From Candidatus Moraniibacteriota bacterium (GTDB lineage: Bacteria > Patescibacteriota > Minisyncoccia > Moranbacterales > UBA9337): a DNA stretch of 64,000 bases. The stretch covers positions 26,112 through 90,111 of the forward strand of contig JALSQF010000010.1 of the NCBI GenBank assembly GCA_026985555.1. Reading direction: 5' to 3'. The stretch's first letter is position 1; each line of letters begins with the position of its first letter. The position numbers and the translations under genes were made by a program. A model generated the notes under the pieces. The model saw only the letters and a program-made list of their open reading frames with translations. It made no database searches and was not told the origin of the DNA. Below are positions 41,315 through 48,991 of the stretch, piece after piece.

Positions 41315-41953
41315 ATGAAAGTAAAAGCTCAATTAAATAGAATAAGAATAGCTCCCCGCAAAGTAAGATTAGTTGCTGATTTAATACGAGGAAAAAAGGT
41401 AGAAGAAGCTCTAGTGCTTCTAGGTAATGCTGTTAAAAAAAGCAGTTTACCTCTAGAAAAGTTAGTAAAAAGTGTTGTAGCTAACGCAGAAAATAATTTC
41501 AAATTAAAGAAAAGTGATTTGTATATTACAGAAATATTAGTTAATGAGGGTCCGACTTTGAAAAGATGGATGCCACGCGCTTATGGTAGAGCTAGTAAAA
41601 TTTTAAAAAGAACATCTCATGTTACTTTAGTGGTGGAAGAAAAAGTAGAAGAAAAAATTGATACAGATAAAAATAATAAGGAAAAAAATAAATTAAAACA
41701 AACTAATAAAATTTCTGCAAAGAACGAAAAAATGTTAAAGGAAAAACAGAAAAAAGAAATTGAAAAAGATGAAGAAAAAGCTCTAGATAAATTGACAGAA
41801 GGAAGTCAGAAAATTGAAGAAAAAATTTCAGAAAAGAAAGAGAAATTGTCTCAAAAAGAAGTGATTAAACATAAGGAAGTAGTAAATCCACGGAATGCAA
41901 GCAGAGAAACAGGCAGAACGCAAAAAATTTTTAAAAAAACAAGTAAGAAATAA
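41315..41953 (+). CDS. rplV: 50S ribosomal protein L22 with a K/E-rich C-terminal extension of about 100 aa
   Basis: [33 protein letters not shown]..., then a low-complexity tail. Confidence 0.85.
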   Translation: MKVKAQLNRIRIAPRKVRLVADLIRGKKVEEALVLLGNAVKKSSLPLEKLVKSVVANAENNFKLKKSDLYITEILVNEGPTLKRWMPRAYGRASKILKRTSHVTLVVEEKVEEKIDTDKNNKEKNKLKQTNKISAKNEKMLKEKQKKEIEKDEEKALDKLTEGSQKIEEKISEKKEKLSQKEVIKHKEVVNPRNASRETGRTQKIFKKTSKK

Positions 41954-41968
41954 TAAATTAAAGTTTAT

Positions 41969-42814
41969 ATGGCTATAAAGGTTTACAAAAGAAATACTGC
42001 GGGGAGAAGAAATATGTCGGTGGTAAAACACAGCAAAGAAATAACTCGTCAAAGACCAGAGAAGTCTTTGTTGCGCAAAAAAACTAAAAAAGCCGGCCGT
42101 TCTCAAGGAAAAATTTCTGTAAGACATAAAGGAGGAGGACATAAACAACGTTATCGTTTAGTTGATTTTAAACAAGATAAATTTGGTGTTCCAGGAAAAA
42201 TAATTGCTTTAGAAAAAGATCCTAATCGTTCAGCGTTAATTGCTTTAATTTCTTATTTTGATGGAGAGAAAAGATATGTTTTAGCTACAGAAGGAATGAA
42301 AGTGGGAAAAAATATTATAACTGATAAAAAAGTTCCAGTTAAAAAAGGTAATAGAATGTTATTAAAAAATATTCCCGTAGGAACAGTGGTATCTTTAATA
42401 GAGTTAATTCCTGGAAAAGGAGCACAAATGATTAGAAGTGCTGGATCAGGCGCAAGTTTAATGGGTATTGATGGTAAAATGGCACAATTAAAAATGGCTT
42501 CTGGAGAAATAAGGTTGGTGCCTAATAATTGTTATGCTACTATTGGACAAGTAAGTAATTTTGAACATAATGCTATTAAGATAGGAAAAGCAGGAAGAAA
42601 AAGATGGATGGGTATCCGTCCAACTGTAAGAGGAAGCGCTATGAATCCTGTAGATCATCCACACGGAGGAGGAGAGGGAAGACAAGGTGTAGGATTGAAA
42701 CATCCTAAAACTCCTTGGGGTAAACCGGCTTTAGGTAAAAAAACTCGTGCCAAAAAGAAAATTACTAATAAATTTATAATTCAAAGAAGGAAAAAGAGAA
42801 AAAAAAGACGTTAA
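41969..42814 (+). CDS. rplB: 50S ribosomal protein L2 (relocated downstream of S19-L22)
   Basis: MAIKVYKRNTAGRR..., GNRMLLKNIP, HPHGGGEGRQ; a C-terminal K/R tail. Confidence 0.9.
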   Translation: MAIKVYKRNTAGRRNMSVVKHSKEITRQRPEKSLLRKKTKKAGRSQGKISVRHKGGGHKQRYRLVDFKQDKFGVPGKIIALEKDPNRSALIALISYFDGEKRYVLATEGMKVGKNIITDKKVPVKKGNRMLLKNIPVGTVVSLIELIPGKGAQMIRSAGSGASLMGIDGKMAQLKMASGEIRLVPNNCYATIGQVSNFEHNAIKIGKAGRKRWMGIRPTVRGSAMNPVDHPHGGGEGRQGVGLKHPKTPWGKPALGKKTRAKKKITNKFIIQRRKKRKKRR

Positions 42815-42865
42815 AATTTAATTTTTAATTTATTTAATTGATTATATTATTTTTTATAAAATATT

Positions 42866-43546
42866 ATGGGACAAAAAATTAATCCAAAAAATTTCCGATT
42901 AGGTATTACTACAACATGGAGATCACGTTGGTTTAGTGATAAGAAAAACTATGTTCAAAAATTAAAGGAAGATATAAAGTTAAGAGAATTGATAATAGAT
43001 AAATGGAAGACTGCTGGCATTGCTGATGTTGAAATAGAACGTTCTACTAATTCTGTTAAAATTATTATTTATACTTCTCGTCCAGGAGTGTTAATTGGTA
43101 GAGGAGGAAGTGGTTTAGAAGATCTTAATCGCATTGTGAAAAATAAATTTTTTGCAGGACAACGATTGGAAATTAAGGTAGAAGTTAAAGAAGTGCGTAA
43201 ATTTGAAGAAAATGCTTCTTTGGTAGCGCAGAACATAGTAGAACAAATAGAAAAAAGAATTCCTTTTCGTAGGGTAATGAAATCAATGTTGGATCAGGTA
43301 GAGAAAAATAAGAAAGTGCGAGGAGTAAAAATTGAATTATCAGGACGATTAGGAGGAGCGGAAATGTCAAGAGTAGAATGGCTTTCTCGCGGAAGAATAC
43401 CTTTACATACATTGAGAGCTGATGTTGATTATGCTAAGGCAGTGGCTAGAACTACTTATGGGGCGATTGGTGTAAAAGTGTGGATTTACAAAGGGGATGT
43501 TTTTAAAAAAGATAATTCTGAAAAAAATATTAAAGAAAAGAGATAA
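42866..43546 (+). CDS. rpsC: 30S ribosomal protein S3
   Basis: MGQKINPKNFRLGITTTWRSRWF..., KH and S3-C domains. Confidence 0.9.
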   Translation: MGQKINPKNFRLGITTTWRSRWFSDKKNYVQKLKEDIKLRELIIDKWKTAGIADVEIERSTNSVKIIIYTSRPGVLIGRGGSGLEDLNRIVKNKFFAGQRLEIKVEVKEVRKFEENASLVAQNIVEQIEKRIPFRRVMKSMLDQVEKNKKVRGVKIELSGRLGGAEMSRVEWLSRGRIPLHTLRADVDYAKAVARTTYGAIGVKVWIYKGDVFKKDNSEKNIKEKR

Positions 43547-43579
43547 TAATTAATAGAAAATATTTATTTTGACAAATAT

Positions 43580-43993
43580 ATGTTAATGCCTAAAAAAGTA
43601 AAACATAGAAAGATTCACAGAGGCGGTAAGTTAAAAGGAGTAGCTACTAAAGGAACTCAGATAAATTTTGGAAGTTATGGGTTAAAAGCTTTAAATGGAG
43701 GTTTAATTTCAGCACGTCAGATTGAAGCTGCTCGTCGCGCAATGACGCGTTATATTCAAAGAGGAGGGAAAATTTGGATAAGAATATTTCCTGATAAACC
43801 AATGACAAAAAAAGGAGATGAAACTCCTATGGGTAAAGGTAAAGGAACAGTAGATCATTATGTGGCTAAGATTAAAAGTGGAAAAATAATGTTTGAAATG
43901 GACGGCGTAGAAAGAGATGTGGCTAAAAGAGCTATGGAATTAGCTTCCTATAAGCTAAGTGTAAAAACTAAATTTGTAGAAAAGAATAAGTAA
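43580..43993 (+). CDS. rplP: 50S ribosomal protein L16
   Basis: [13 protein letters not shown]..., [24 protein letters not shown]. Confidence 0.9.
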   Translation: MLMPKKVKHRKIHRGGKLKGVATKGTQINFGSYGLKALNGGLISARQIEAARRAMTRYIQRGGKIWIRIFPDKPMTKKGDETPMGKGKGTVDHYVAKIKSGKIMFEMDGVERDVAKRAMELASYKLSVKTKFVEKNK

Positions 43994-44015
43994 TTAAAAA
44001 ATTAAGAAAAGATTT

Positions 44016-44201
44016 ATGAAATTTCAAGAAATTAAAGAAAAAAATGAAGGAGAATTGAAAAAACTTTTAGCGGAAAAAAGAGAGGAATTGCGTCGGATAC
44101 GTTTTCAATTATATGCTAAACAATTGAAAGAAAATCATCAGTTTAAGGAAGTAAAAAAGGATATCGCGCGTATATTAACCCAACTTAATGCTAGTAAATA
44201 A
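44016..44201 (+). CDS. rpmC: 50S ribosomal protein L29
   Basis: 61 aa, elevated Lys/Glu content, canonical position after L16. Confidence 0.8.
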   Translation: MKFQEIKEKNEGELKKLLAEKREELRRIRFQLYAKQLKENHQFKEVKKDIARILTQLNASK

Positions 44202-44228
44202 AATTTGTTTGAATAAAAAATTATAATT

Positions 44229-44537
44229 ATGAAGAAAGAAAAAAAAGTTAAACAAGAAAAAATGAATAATTCTAAATCTAAAAATGGTAACAGTGATAAG
44301 GAAAAGATTTTACGAAAAAGAAAAGGAATTGTGGTAAGCGCTAAAAATGATAAAACAATAGTAGTGGCAGTAGAAAGTTTTAAAACTCATCCTAAATATT
44401 TGAAAAAATATAAGTCTACAAAAAAGTACCATGTGCACGATGAGAATAATGAATATAAGGAAGGAGATAGAGTGGAATTTATAGTAAGTCGTCCTTATAG
44501 TAAAAAAAAGAAATTTAAAGTTTTGAAGAGTAAATAA
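44229..44537 (+). CDS. rpsQ: 30S ribosomal protein S17
   Basis: RKGIVVSAKNDKTIVVAVESFKTHPKY; position after L29. Confidence 0.8.
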   Translation: MKKEKKVKQEKMNNSKSKNGNSDKEKILRKRKGIVVSAKNDKTIVVAVESFKTHPKYLKKYKSTKKYHVHDENNEYKEGDRVEFIVSRPYSKKKKFKVLKSK

Positions 44538-44560
44538 TTTATTAATAAAGAATTAATTTT

Positions 44561-44926
44561 ATGATACAAGCAGAAACTAAAGTTAAAGTAGCTGATAATA
44601 CTGGCGCAAAAATAATTGAATGTTTTAAAGTTTTAGGCGGAAGTCGTAAACGTTATGCTTATATTGGTGAAGTTTTTGTAGCTTCTGTAAAAGAGGCTGA
44701 ACCGCGAGGAACTGTAAAAAAAGGAGATGTAGTTAAAGCAGTTTTAGTAAGACAAAAGCAAGCCTTAAAAAGAAAAGACGGATCTTTAATTCGTTTTGAT
44801 GAAAATGCAGCAGTTATTGTAGATGGAGTGGATCCTAAAGGAACTCGTATTTTTGGTCCAATTGCTAGAGAAGTAAAAGAAAAAGGGTTTAATAAGATTG
44901 CTTCTCTTGCGGTGGAAGTATTATAA
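44561..44926 (+). CDS. rplN: 50S ribosomal protein L14
   Basis: [17 protein letters not shown]... over a 121-aa full-length match. Confidence 0.9.
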   Translation: MIQAETKVKVADNTGAKIIECFKVLGGSRKRYAYIGEVFVASVKEAEPRGTVKKGDVVKAVLVRQKQALKRKDGSLIRFDENAAVIVDGVDPKGTRIFGPIAREVKEKGFNKIASLAVEVL

Positions 44927-44966
44927 ATAAGATTTTTTAATATATTAATTTCTGGAAAAAAGTTTT

Positions 44967-45281
44967 ATGAAAATGAAAATTAAAAAAGGAGATAAAGTTA
45001 AAATATTATCAGGAAAGGATAGAGGGAAAAAGGGAAAGGTAATTGAAGTCTTACCTCGTCAAGGAAAGTTAATTGTGGAAAATTTAAATTTAGCTAAAAA
45101 ACATTTACGTCCACAAAAAGAAGGAGAAAAAGGAAAAAGAGTAGAAGTAGCTATTCCTTTACCTGCATCTAAAGTAATGTTGATTTGTCCTAATTGCGGA
45201 AAACCAACGCGGATAGGATATAAAATAGAAGGAAAAAAGAAATTTAGAATATGTAAAAAGTGTCACAAAGAAATAATGTAA
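44967..45281 (+). CDS. rplX: 50S ribosomal protein L24 (KOW) with a Cys4 C-terminal extension
   Basis: IKKGDKVKILSGKDRGKKGKV; extra CPNCG...CKKCH. Confidence 0.85.
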   Translation: MKMKIKKGDKVKILSGKDRGKKGKVIEVLPRQGKLIVENLNLAKKHLRPQKEGEKGKRVEVAIPLPASKVMLICPNCGKPTRIGYKIEGKKKFRICKKCHKEIM

Positions 45282-45312
45282 TTTATTAAGTTTATTTTTC
45301 AAGAAAAAGATT

Positions 45313-45885
45313 ATGAAAATTCAAAATATGAAAATTAAATATGAAAAGGAAGTAGTTAAAGCTATGCAGAAAGAATTTGATTATAAGAATGTTTGGGAAG
45401 TGCCTACCATTAAAAAAGTAACCATTAATGCTGGAATTGGAAAAATAAATAAAGAAAAAGAAAAAATTGAAGAATTAGTTGGTTATTTAAAGGATATTAC
45501 TGGACAAGCTCCTGTAAAAACAAAAGCGAGAAAAGCAATTTCTGGTTTTAAGGTGAGAGAAGGCGCTGATGTAGGATTAAAGGTTACATTAAGAGGAAAA
45601 AAGATGTGGGACTTTTTAGATCGTTTGGTGCACATAGCTCTTCCTAGAACAAGAGATTTTCAAGGAATTAAATTGAGTGCTTTGGGAGCAAGAGGGAATC
45701 TAAATTTAGGCATTAAAGAAATAGTAATTTTTCCAGAAATAAATCCAGAAAATGTTCGTAATAATTTTGGATTACAAATAAGTGTTAGCAACTCAGCTAA
45801 TAATCCAATTGAAGGAGAAAAACTGTTCCGTTTGTTAGGTTTTCCTTTAGCGGAAAATAAAAAAAAGAATAAATCAAATAATTAA
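45313..45885 (+). CDS. rplE: 50S ribosomal protein L5
   Basis: Conserved L5 blocks (NVWEVPTIKKVTIN, FPEI). Confidence 0.9.
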   Translation: MKIQNMKIKYEKEVVKAMQKEFDYKNVWEVPTIKKVTINAGIGKINKEKEKIEELVGYLKDITGQAPVKTKARKAISGFKVREGADVGLKVTLRGKKMWDFLDRLVHIALPRTRDFQGIKLSALGARGNLNLGIKEIVIFPEINPENVRNNFGLQISVSNSANNPIEGEKLFRLLGFPLAENKKKNKSNN

Positions 45886-45925
45886 AATATTAAAAGTAAA
45901 AAATATTTAAAAATAATTAAATTAT

Positions 45926-46111
45926 ATGGCAAAAAAATCAGTTCAAGCAAGAGCAGAAAAAAAACCGAAATATTCTACAAGAGTAGTAAATAGATGTTGG
46001 CGTTGTGGAAGAAAACATGGTTATATGAGAAGGTTTGGATTGTGTAGAATTTGTTTTCGGGAATTAGCTAGTCAAGGAGAAATACCGGGAGTTAAAAAAA
46101 GCAGTTGGTAA
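45926..46111 (+). CDS. rpsN: 30S ribosomal protein S14, short zinc-binding type
   Basis: 61 aa with [20 protein letters not shown]. Confidence 0.85.
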   Translation: MAKKSVQARAEKKPKYSTRVVNRCWRCGRKHGYMRRFGLCRICFRELASQGEIPGVKKSSW

Positions 46112-46169
46112 ATTTTTTCTCAAAATTAATAATTAATTTTTTAATTTTATAATAATTATATATAGTTAT

Positions 46170-46577
46170 ATGTTAGATCCTATTGCAGATATGTTAACCA
46201 GAATTAGAAATGCTCAGAAAGCTGAGCATCAAGAAGTGGTTATTCCGTTTTCTAAATTGAAAATGGCTATAATTACTATTTTTCAAAAAAAAGGTCTTAT
46301 AGAATCATTTCAAAAAGTAAAAGAAGAAAAGTCTAATTTTTATAATATAATTTTAACACTTAAATATAAACAAATAGGAAACAAGAAAGTTCCTACTTTT
46401 CGCTCATTAAGACGTGTAAGTAAAGAAGGGCAAAGAATTTATGTTAAAAAGAATGATATTCATAAGATAAAAAATGGATTAGGGTTTAGTATTATTTCTA
46501 CTTCTCAAGGAGTGTTAACTTCTGAAGAAGCTAGGAAAAAAGGAGTAGGAGGAGAAATTATTTGTGAAGTGCGTTAA
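46170..46577 (+). CDS. rpsH: 30S ribosomal protein S8
   Basis: MLDPIADMLTRIRNA... Confidence 0.9.
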   Translation: MLDPIADMLTRIRNAQKAEHQEVVIPFSKLKMAIITIFQKKGLIESFQKVKEEKSNFYNIILTLKYKQIGNKKVPTFRSLRRVSKEGQRIYVKKNDIHKIKNGLGFSIISTSQGVLTSEEARKKGVGGEIICEVR

Positions 46578-46615
46578 TTATTAATTAAATTTTAATTTTT
46601 TTAAATTTAGAAATT

Positions 46616-47158
46616 ATGAGTCGTTTAGGTAAAAAACCAGTCATTATTCCCAACGGAGTTGAAGTAAAAGAAAATCAACACCTAATAGAAGTTAAGGGCG
46701 CAAAAGGAACCTTAACCTTGCCTCTTAGTTATGACTTATCAATAGAAATAAAAGAAAATAAAATATTTATTAAAAAATTAGGAAAAACCAAAAAAGCATC
46801 CGCTATGTGGGGAACTACAGCGCGTCTTTTAGAGAATATGATTAAGGGAGTTACAGAAGGATTTGAAAGAAAATTAGAATTAAATGGAGTAGGTTATAGG
46901 ATGGCGGTTAAAGGCAATAAATTAGATTTAGCTTTAGGATTTTCTCACCCAGTGGAAGTAGAAATTCCTCAAGATTTAAAAGTGCAGATAGAAAAGAATA
47001 TACTTACTGTTAGTGGAATAGATAAACAAAAAGTAGGCCAATTTGCAGCTAAAATTAGAGACTTAAAACCAGTAGAACCGTATAAGGGAAAAGGGTTTAA
47101 ATATGATGATGAAATTGTTAGAAGAAAAGAAGGTAAAAAAGCGGTTGCATCAGAATAG
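46616..47158 (+). CDS. rplF: 50S ribosomal protein L6
   Basis: MSRLGKKPVIIPNGVEV..., two L6 repeats. Confidence 0.9.
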   Translation: MSRLGKKPVIIPNGVEVKENQHLIEVKGAKGTLTLPLSYDLSIEIKENKIFIKKLGKTKKASAMWGTTARLLENMIKGVTEGFERKLELNGVGYRMAVKGNKLDLALGFSHPVEVEIPQDLKVQIEKNILTVSGIDKQKVGQFAAKIRDLKPVEPYKGKGFKYDDEIVRRKEGKKAVASE

Positions 47159-47214
47159 TAATCTATAAATAAAATAAATTGATAAATTAAAATTTTATAA
47201 TATTAAATAATAAT

Positions 47215-47577
47215 ATGGGAGTAATTAAAAATCGCAATCAACAACGTTTGCATCGCAAAAGAAGAATTAGAAGTAAAATTAAAGGAACTGCGCAACGTCC
47301 TCGTTTAGTGGTTTTTCGTAGTTTAAAAGGTGTAACAACGCAAGTAATAGATGATACCAAAGGACATACATTAGTAGCTACAAGTTTAAAAGAAATATAT
47401 TCTTCTCCAAAAGTAAAAAATGATGTGAAGACAGCGGGAAAAGTAGGAGAATTGATTGCTCAAAAATGTTTAAAAGCTAATATTAAAGAAGTAGTTTTTG
47501 ATAGAGGTGGATATAAATATCACGGAAAAATTAAAGCTTTAGCAGATGGAGCCAGAAAAGCAGGTTTAAAATTTTAA
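47215..47577 (+). CDS. rplR: 50S ribosomal protein L18
   Basis: RPRLVVFRSLKGVTTQVIDD...FDRGGYKYHGKIKALADGAR. Confidence 0.85.
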   Translation: MGVIKNRNQQRLHRKRRIRSKIKGTAQRPRLVVFRSLKGVTTQVIDDTKGHTLVATSLKEIYSSPKVKNDVKTAGKVGELIAQKCLKANIKEVVFDRGGYKYHGKIKALADGARKAGLKF

Positions 47578-47600
47578 AAATTAACTAATTTATTATTTTT

Positions 47601-48092
47601 ATGAAAACTAAGAATAAGAAAAAACAATTTATTCGCAAAAGAGAGAAACCAGAATTTGATCAACGTTTATTAGATTTAGCTAGAGTAACTCGCGTAGTAA
47701 AAGGTGGAAGACGTTTTCGTTTTCGCGCTACTATGGTTATTGGTAATCGCAAAGGAAAAATTGGAGTAGGAGTAGCCAAAGGAGCTGATGTGTCAGACGC
47801 TATTAATAAAGCTGTCAATGATGCCAAGAAACATTTAGTAGAAGTTAATATGTGGAAGACAACTATTCCTCATGACATTAAAGTAAAATTAGGTAGCGCT
47901 AAAGTAATGTTACGTCCTGTAAAAGAAGGACGAGGAATTGTAGCTGGTGGAGCTATGAGGATGGTAGTAGAATTAGCAGGAATAAAAGATGTTGTAGCTA
48001 AGTCACTAGGAACTTCTAATAAATTAAATGTAGCCAGAGCAACTTTATTAGCTCTTTCTCGTTTGGAAGCTTTAGAAAAAAATGAAAGATAA
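47601..48092 (+). CDS. rpsE: 30S ribosomal protein S5
   Basis: VTRVVKGGRRFRFRATMVIGN..., S5 dsRBD and C domain. Confidence 0.9.
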   Translation: MKTKNKKKQFIRKREKPEFDQRLLDLARVTRVVKGGRRFRFRATMVIGNRKGKIGVGVAKGADVSDAINKAVNDAKKHLVEVNMWKTTIPHDIKVKLGSAKVMLRPVKEGRGIVAGGAMRMVVELAGIKDVVAKSLGTSNKLNVARATLLALSRLEALEKNER

Positions 48093-48134
48093 TTAAATTT
48101 ATTTTATAATTTATAAGGAACTAATTTTAAAAAT

Positions 48135-48572
48135 ATGCAGATACATGAATTAAAAGTTAAAGCTAAAAAAACGCGTAAGAGAATTGGCAGAGGAGGAAAA
48201 AGAGGAACCTATTCTGGTAGAGGAATGAAGGGACAAAAATCTCGTTCTGGAGGAAATGTAGATCCTCTTTTTGAAGGTGGTCGTTCTTCTTTAATGCAAA
48301 GAATGAAGAAATTACGTGGTTTTAAATCCATTCATCCTAAAAAAGTGGTTGTTAGTTTAGACGCGCTAGAAAAACATTTTTCTGAAGGAGAAACAGTTAA
48401 TCTAGAAACATTAAAAAAGAAAGGATTGTTAAACAATAAAAACAAGGATTATGGTGTTAAAATTTTAAACAATGGAAAAATTACTAAAAAACTTGTTATA
48501 GCTAAAGAAATATTAGTTTCTCAAAAAGCAAAAGAAGCCATAGAAAAAGCTAAAGGAGAAATTAAAAAATAA
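48135..48572 (+). CDS. rplO: 50S ribosomal protein L15 (L30 absent; followed by no secY)
   Basis: L15 motif RIGRGGKRGTYSGRGMKGQKSRSGG. Confidence 0.85.
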   Translation: MQIHELKVKAKKTRKRIGRGGKRGTYSGRGMKGQKSRSGGNVDPLFEGGRSSLMQRMKKLRGFKSIHPKKVVVSLDALEKHFSEGETVNLETLKKKGLLNNKNKDYGVKILNNGKITKKLVIAKEILVSQKAKEAIEKAKGEIKK

Positions 48573-48608
48573 TTTAGTTGTTTAAAAAAAATAGAGGAGG
48601 AGGAAGAA

Positions 48609-48878
48609 ATGTATTATCTAGATTCTTTTTTAAAGTGGTTTCAAAGAGGGGAAATTGGCTTAAGTTTGGTTATTTTAATAACTTTAATAGTTATTTTAAT
48701 AATCGTATTAATAAAAAACGAACAAAAACATTATCAATCAAAAAAAGATTTTTTCTGTCCTGCTTGCGGACAAAAATTAATTTTGAATAACGAAATTTTT
48801 ATTTGTCCGAAGTGTGGATGGAAGGAAGAATTGATAATTATTAAAGGACTGTTTTCTAACTTTAAAAAAGAAACTTAA
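48609..48878 (+). CDS. Small membrane-anchored zinc-ribbon protein, hypothetical (occupies the slot where secY normally follows L15)
   Basis: Strong RBS (gaggaggaggaagaaATG), a single TM helix, CPACGQ...CPKCGW, and a terminator directly downstream. Confidence 0.5.
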   Translation: MYYLDSFLKWFQRGEIGLSLVILITLIVILIIVLIKNEQKHYQSKKDFFCPACGQKLILNNEIFICPKCGWKEELIIIKGLFSNFKKET

Positions 48879-48887
48879 CTTCTCATA

Positions 48888-48930
48888 AAAAACAGGTTAT
48901 TTTTTTTGAAAACTAACCTGTTTTTTTTAT
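48888..48930 (+). terminator. Rho-independent terminator ending the r-protein cluster
   Basis: acaggtta...taacctgt followed by tttttttt. Confidence 0.75.
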
Positions 48931-48991
48931 TTTTTTAGAATGTATTTCTATGCTAAACTAAAGTTAATAAAAATTAATTAACTTTTAAGCA

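Noticed and set aside
48578-48790. 70-aa ORF overlapping the Zn-ribbon ORF in another frame.
   Set aside because: There is no RBS, whereas the 48609 frame has GAGGAGGAGG. Its translation is low-complexity.
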